Below, piece after piece: positions 62,371-64,000 of a stretch of DNA of 64,000 nt; the stretch's first letter is position 1; each line of letters opens with the position of its first letter. The stretch comes from an uncultured Campylobacter sp. (GTDB lineage Bacteria > Campylobacterota > Campylobacteria > Campylobacterales > Campylobacteraceae). Location of the stretch: positions 79,480 through 143,479 of the forward strand of contig CAURPW010000004.1 of assembly GCA_963526985.1 (NCBI GenBank). Reading direction: 5' to 3'. The notes under the pieces were generated by a model, which made no database searches, had not been told where the DNA came from, and saw only the letters and a list, made by a program, of their open reading frames with translations. Position numbers and translations under genes: made by a program.

Positions 62371-63420
62371 ATGGGTATAAAAATATCGAATTTAAATAAA
62401 ATTTTCGGCGATTTCGTCGCTCTTAAAAACGTAAATTTAGAGATAAACAAAGGCGAGCTAACCGCGCTTTTAGGACCTAGCGGCAGCGGCAAAACGACGC
62501 TACTTCGCATAATCGCGGGCTTAGAAAGCGCCGATAGCGGCGAAATCTCGTTTTTCGGCGAAAACGTCAGCCGCAAAAGCATAAAAGAACGCGGCATAGG
62601 CTTTGTTTTTCAGCACTACGCGCTATTTAGGCATATGAGCGTGTTTGATAATATAGCGTTTGGACTAAACGTCCGTCCAAAAGCCTCGCGCCCGAGCAAA
62701 GACGAGATAAAGCAGCGCGTCATGCACCTGCTAAAAATGATCCAGCTAGAAAGCTTGGCGGGGCGCTTCCCAGATGAGCTAAGCGGCGGGCAAAAACAGC
62801 GCGTGGCGCTAGCTAGGGCGCTAGCGGTGGAGCCTAAAATTTTGCTGTTAGACGAGCCGTTTGGGGCGCTAGACGCAAAGGTTAGAGCAGATCTGCGCAG
62901 GTGGCTAAGAAAACTACACGACGAGATTCAGATTACTAGCGTGTTCGTTACGCATGATCAAGAAGAAGCGCTAGAAGTAAGCGATAAAATAGTCGTGATG
63001 AATAAAGGCGAGATCCAGCAAGTAGGCACGCCCGTAGACGTTTACGAAAAACCGGCCAATCCTTTCGTGTATAGCTTTTTGGGCAACGTAAATCTCTTTC
63101 GCGGCAGAGTGGGCGCTGATGGTATCGTAAGCGACGAGAGCGCGGGAGATCTGCTTTTCGTGCGGCCTCACGAGATAGAGCTTGGCTTTGAATACAGCGC
63201 CGGCTCTAAAAAAGGCGAGATCGTGCATAGCCGAATTTTAGGCTCTCGCATTAGGCTTGATATTAAGATGCAAGAAAGCGCGGATATGGTCGAGGTCGAT
63301 ATCACGAGCGCGAAATTTAAAGACATAAAAGAGAAAAATTTAAAATTCGTATATCTAAATTTTACTAGCGTGCATAGCTACTCGCAAGAGGACGGGAGTT
63401 TTTGTGATTACTACATATAA
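62371..63420 (+). CDS. cysA: sulfate ABC ATPase CysA
   Basis: [30 protein letters not shown]. Confidence 0.95.
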   Translation: MGIKISNLNKIFGDFVALKNVNLEINKGELTALLGPSGSGKTTLLRIIAGLESADSGEISFFGENVSRKSIKERGIGFVFQHYALFRHMSVFDNIAFGLNVRPKASRPSKDEIKQRVMHLLKMIQLESLAGRFPDELSGGQKQRVALARALAVEPKILLLDEPFGALDAKVRADLRRWLRKLHDEIQITSVFVTHDQEEALEVSDKIVVMNKGEIQQVGTPVDVYEKPANPFVYSFLGNVNLFRGRVGADGIVSDESAGDLLFVRPHEIELGFEYSAGSKKGEIVHSRILGSRIRLDIKMQESADMVEVDITSAKFKDIKEKNLKFVYLNFTSVHSYSQEDGSFCDYYI

Positions 63421-64000
63421 TGAAGCGACGTCGCGTTTGGCGGCGGTTTTGGCAGAGATAAAGGGACGCGTCGCGCTGGCATTTTCGCACCAGATAGAGG
63501 ACTGTATCGCGATAGATATGGCTCTAAAATCGGGCTTTGATCTAGATAGGCTTGAAATTTTTACCCTCGATACGCATAAGCTTTTTAAAGAGAGTTTAGA
63601 GTATCAAAAAGAGGTAGAGAAATTTTTCGGTATTAAGATAAAAACATACGCCATTAGCGGCGAGACGCTAGCCCAAGTGGACGAAAAGATCGGGCAATGG
63701 GGCATGAGAGATAGCGTAGAAAACCGCAAATTTTGTTGCCATCAGCGAAAAATGATCCCTTTGCGCGAGGCGCTAAATAAAAAAGAGGCGTGGATAAGCG
63801 GCATAAGGGCGGCTCAAAGCGTAACTAGAACGGGCGTTAGCCTGTGCGAAACGGACGCGAATTTTAATTTAAAAAAAATCAACCCGTTATTTGATTTTAG
63901 CGACGAGTTTATGTGGGGCGTCGCGCGCGAGCTAAATTTGCCCGTAAACGAGCTTTATGCGAAAGGATACGCCAGTATCGGCTGCGAGCCCTGTACCCGC
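63404..64000 (+). CDS. cysH: APS/PAPS reductase, Fe-S type; runs off the window edge
   Basis: Manual translation from GTG 63404 (GGAG RBS): [38 protein letters not shown]. Confidence 0.92.
   Translation, partial: MITTYNEATSRLAAVLAEIKGRVALAFSHQIEDCIAIDMALKSGFDLDRLEIFTLDTHKLFKESLEYQKEVEKFFGIKIKTYAISGETLAQVDEKIGQWGMRDSVENRKFCCHQRKMIPLREALNKKEAWISGIRAAQSVTRTGVSLCETDANFNLKKINPLFDFSDEFMWGVARELNLPVNELYAKGYASIGCEPCTR

Overview
Chromosomal window from an epsilonproteobacterium, most likely an oral Campylobacter of the C. showae/C. rectus type (inferred from gene order, moderate GC and very frequent AAATTT). Positions 1-48.8 kb are mostly core genes: ribB fragment, mog-ftsH-like-mtaB-mscS-aroB, tgt, macAB-tolC, a Met-rich secreted peptide coupled to a DccRS-like two-component system, a TonB-dependent receptor with an internal stop, an RND pump, motAB-fliP, glmU-coaBC-uppS-truA, ftsK, flgL and hup. 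A ~7.3 kb AT-rich element sits in the 3' end of tRNA-Leu(CAA), bounded by a 15-bp att repeat (48869-48883 / 56163-56177). It carries a tyrosine integrase, an AAA ATPase with an HTH-like tail, six phased iteron-like repeats, a 26-bp perfect palindrome (candidate oriT), mobC, a frameshifted relaxase-primase fusion and a GC-rich structured right end. This resembles an IncQ-like replicon with an integrase, now decaying. An assimilatory sulfate reduction operon follows (sulfite reductase, cysG, sbp, cysTWA, Fe-S type cysH). All calls come from reading motifs by eye; no database searches were run.
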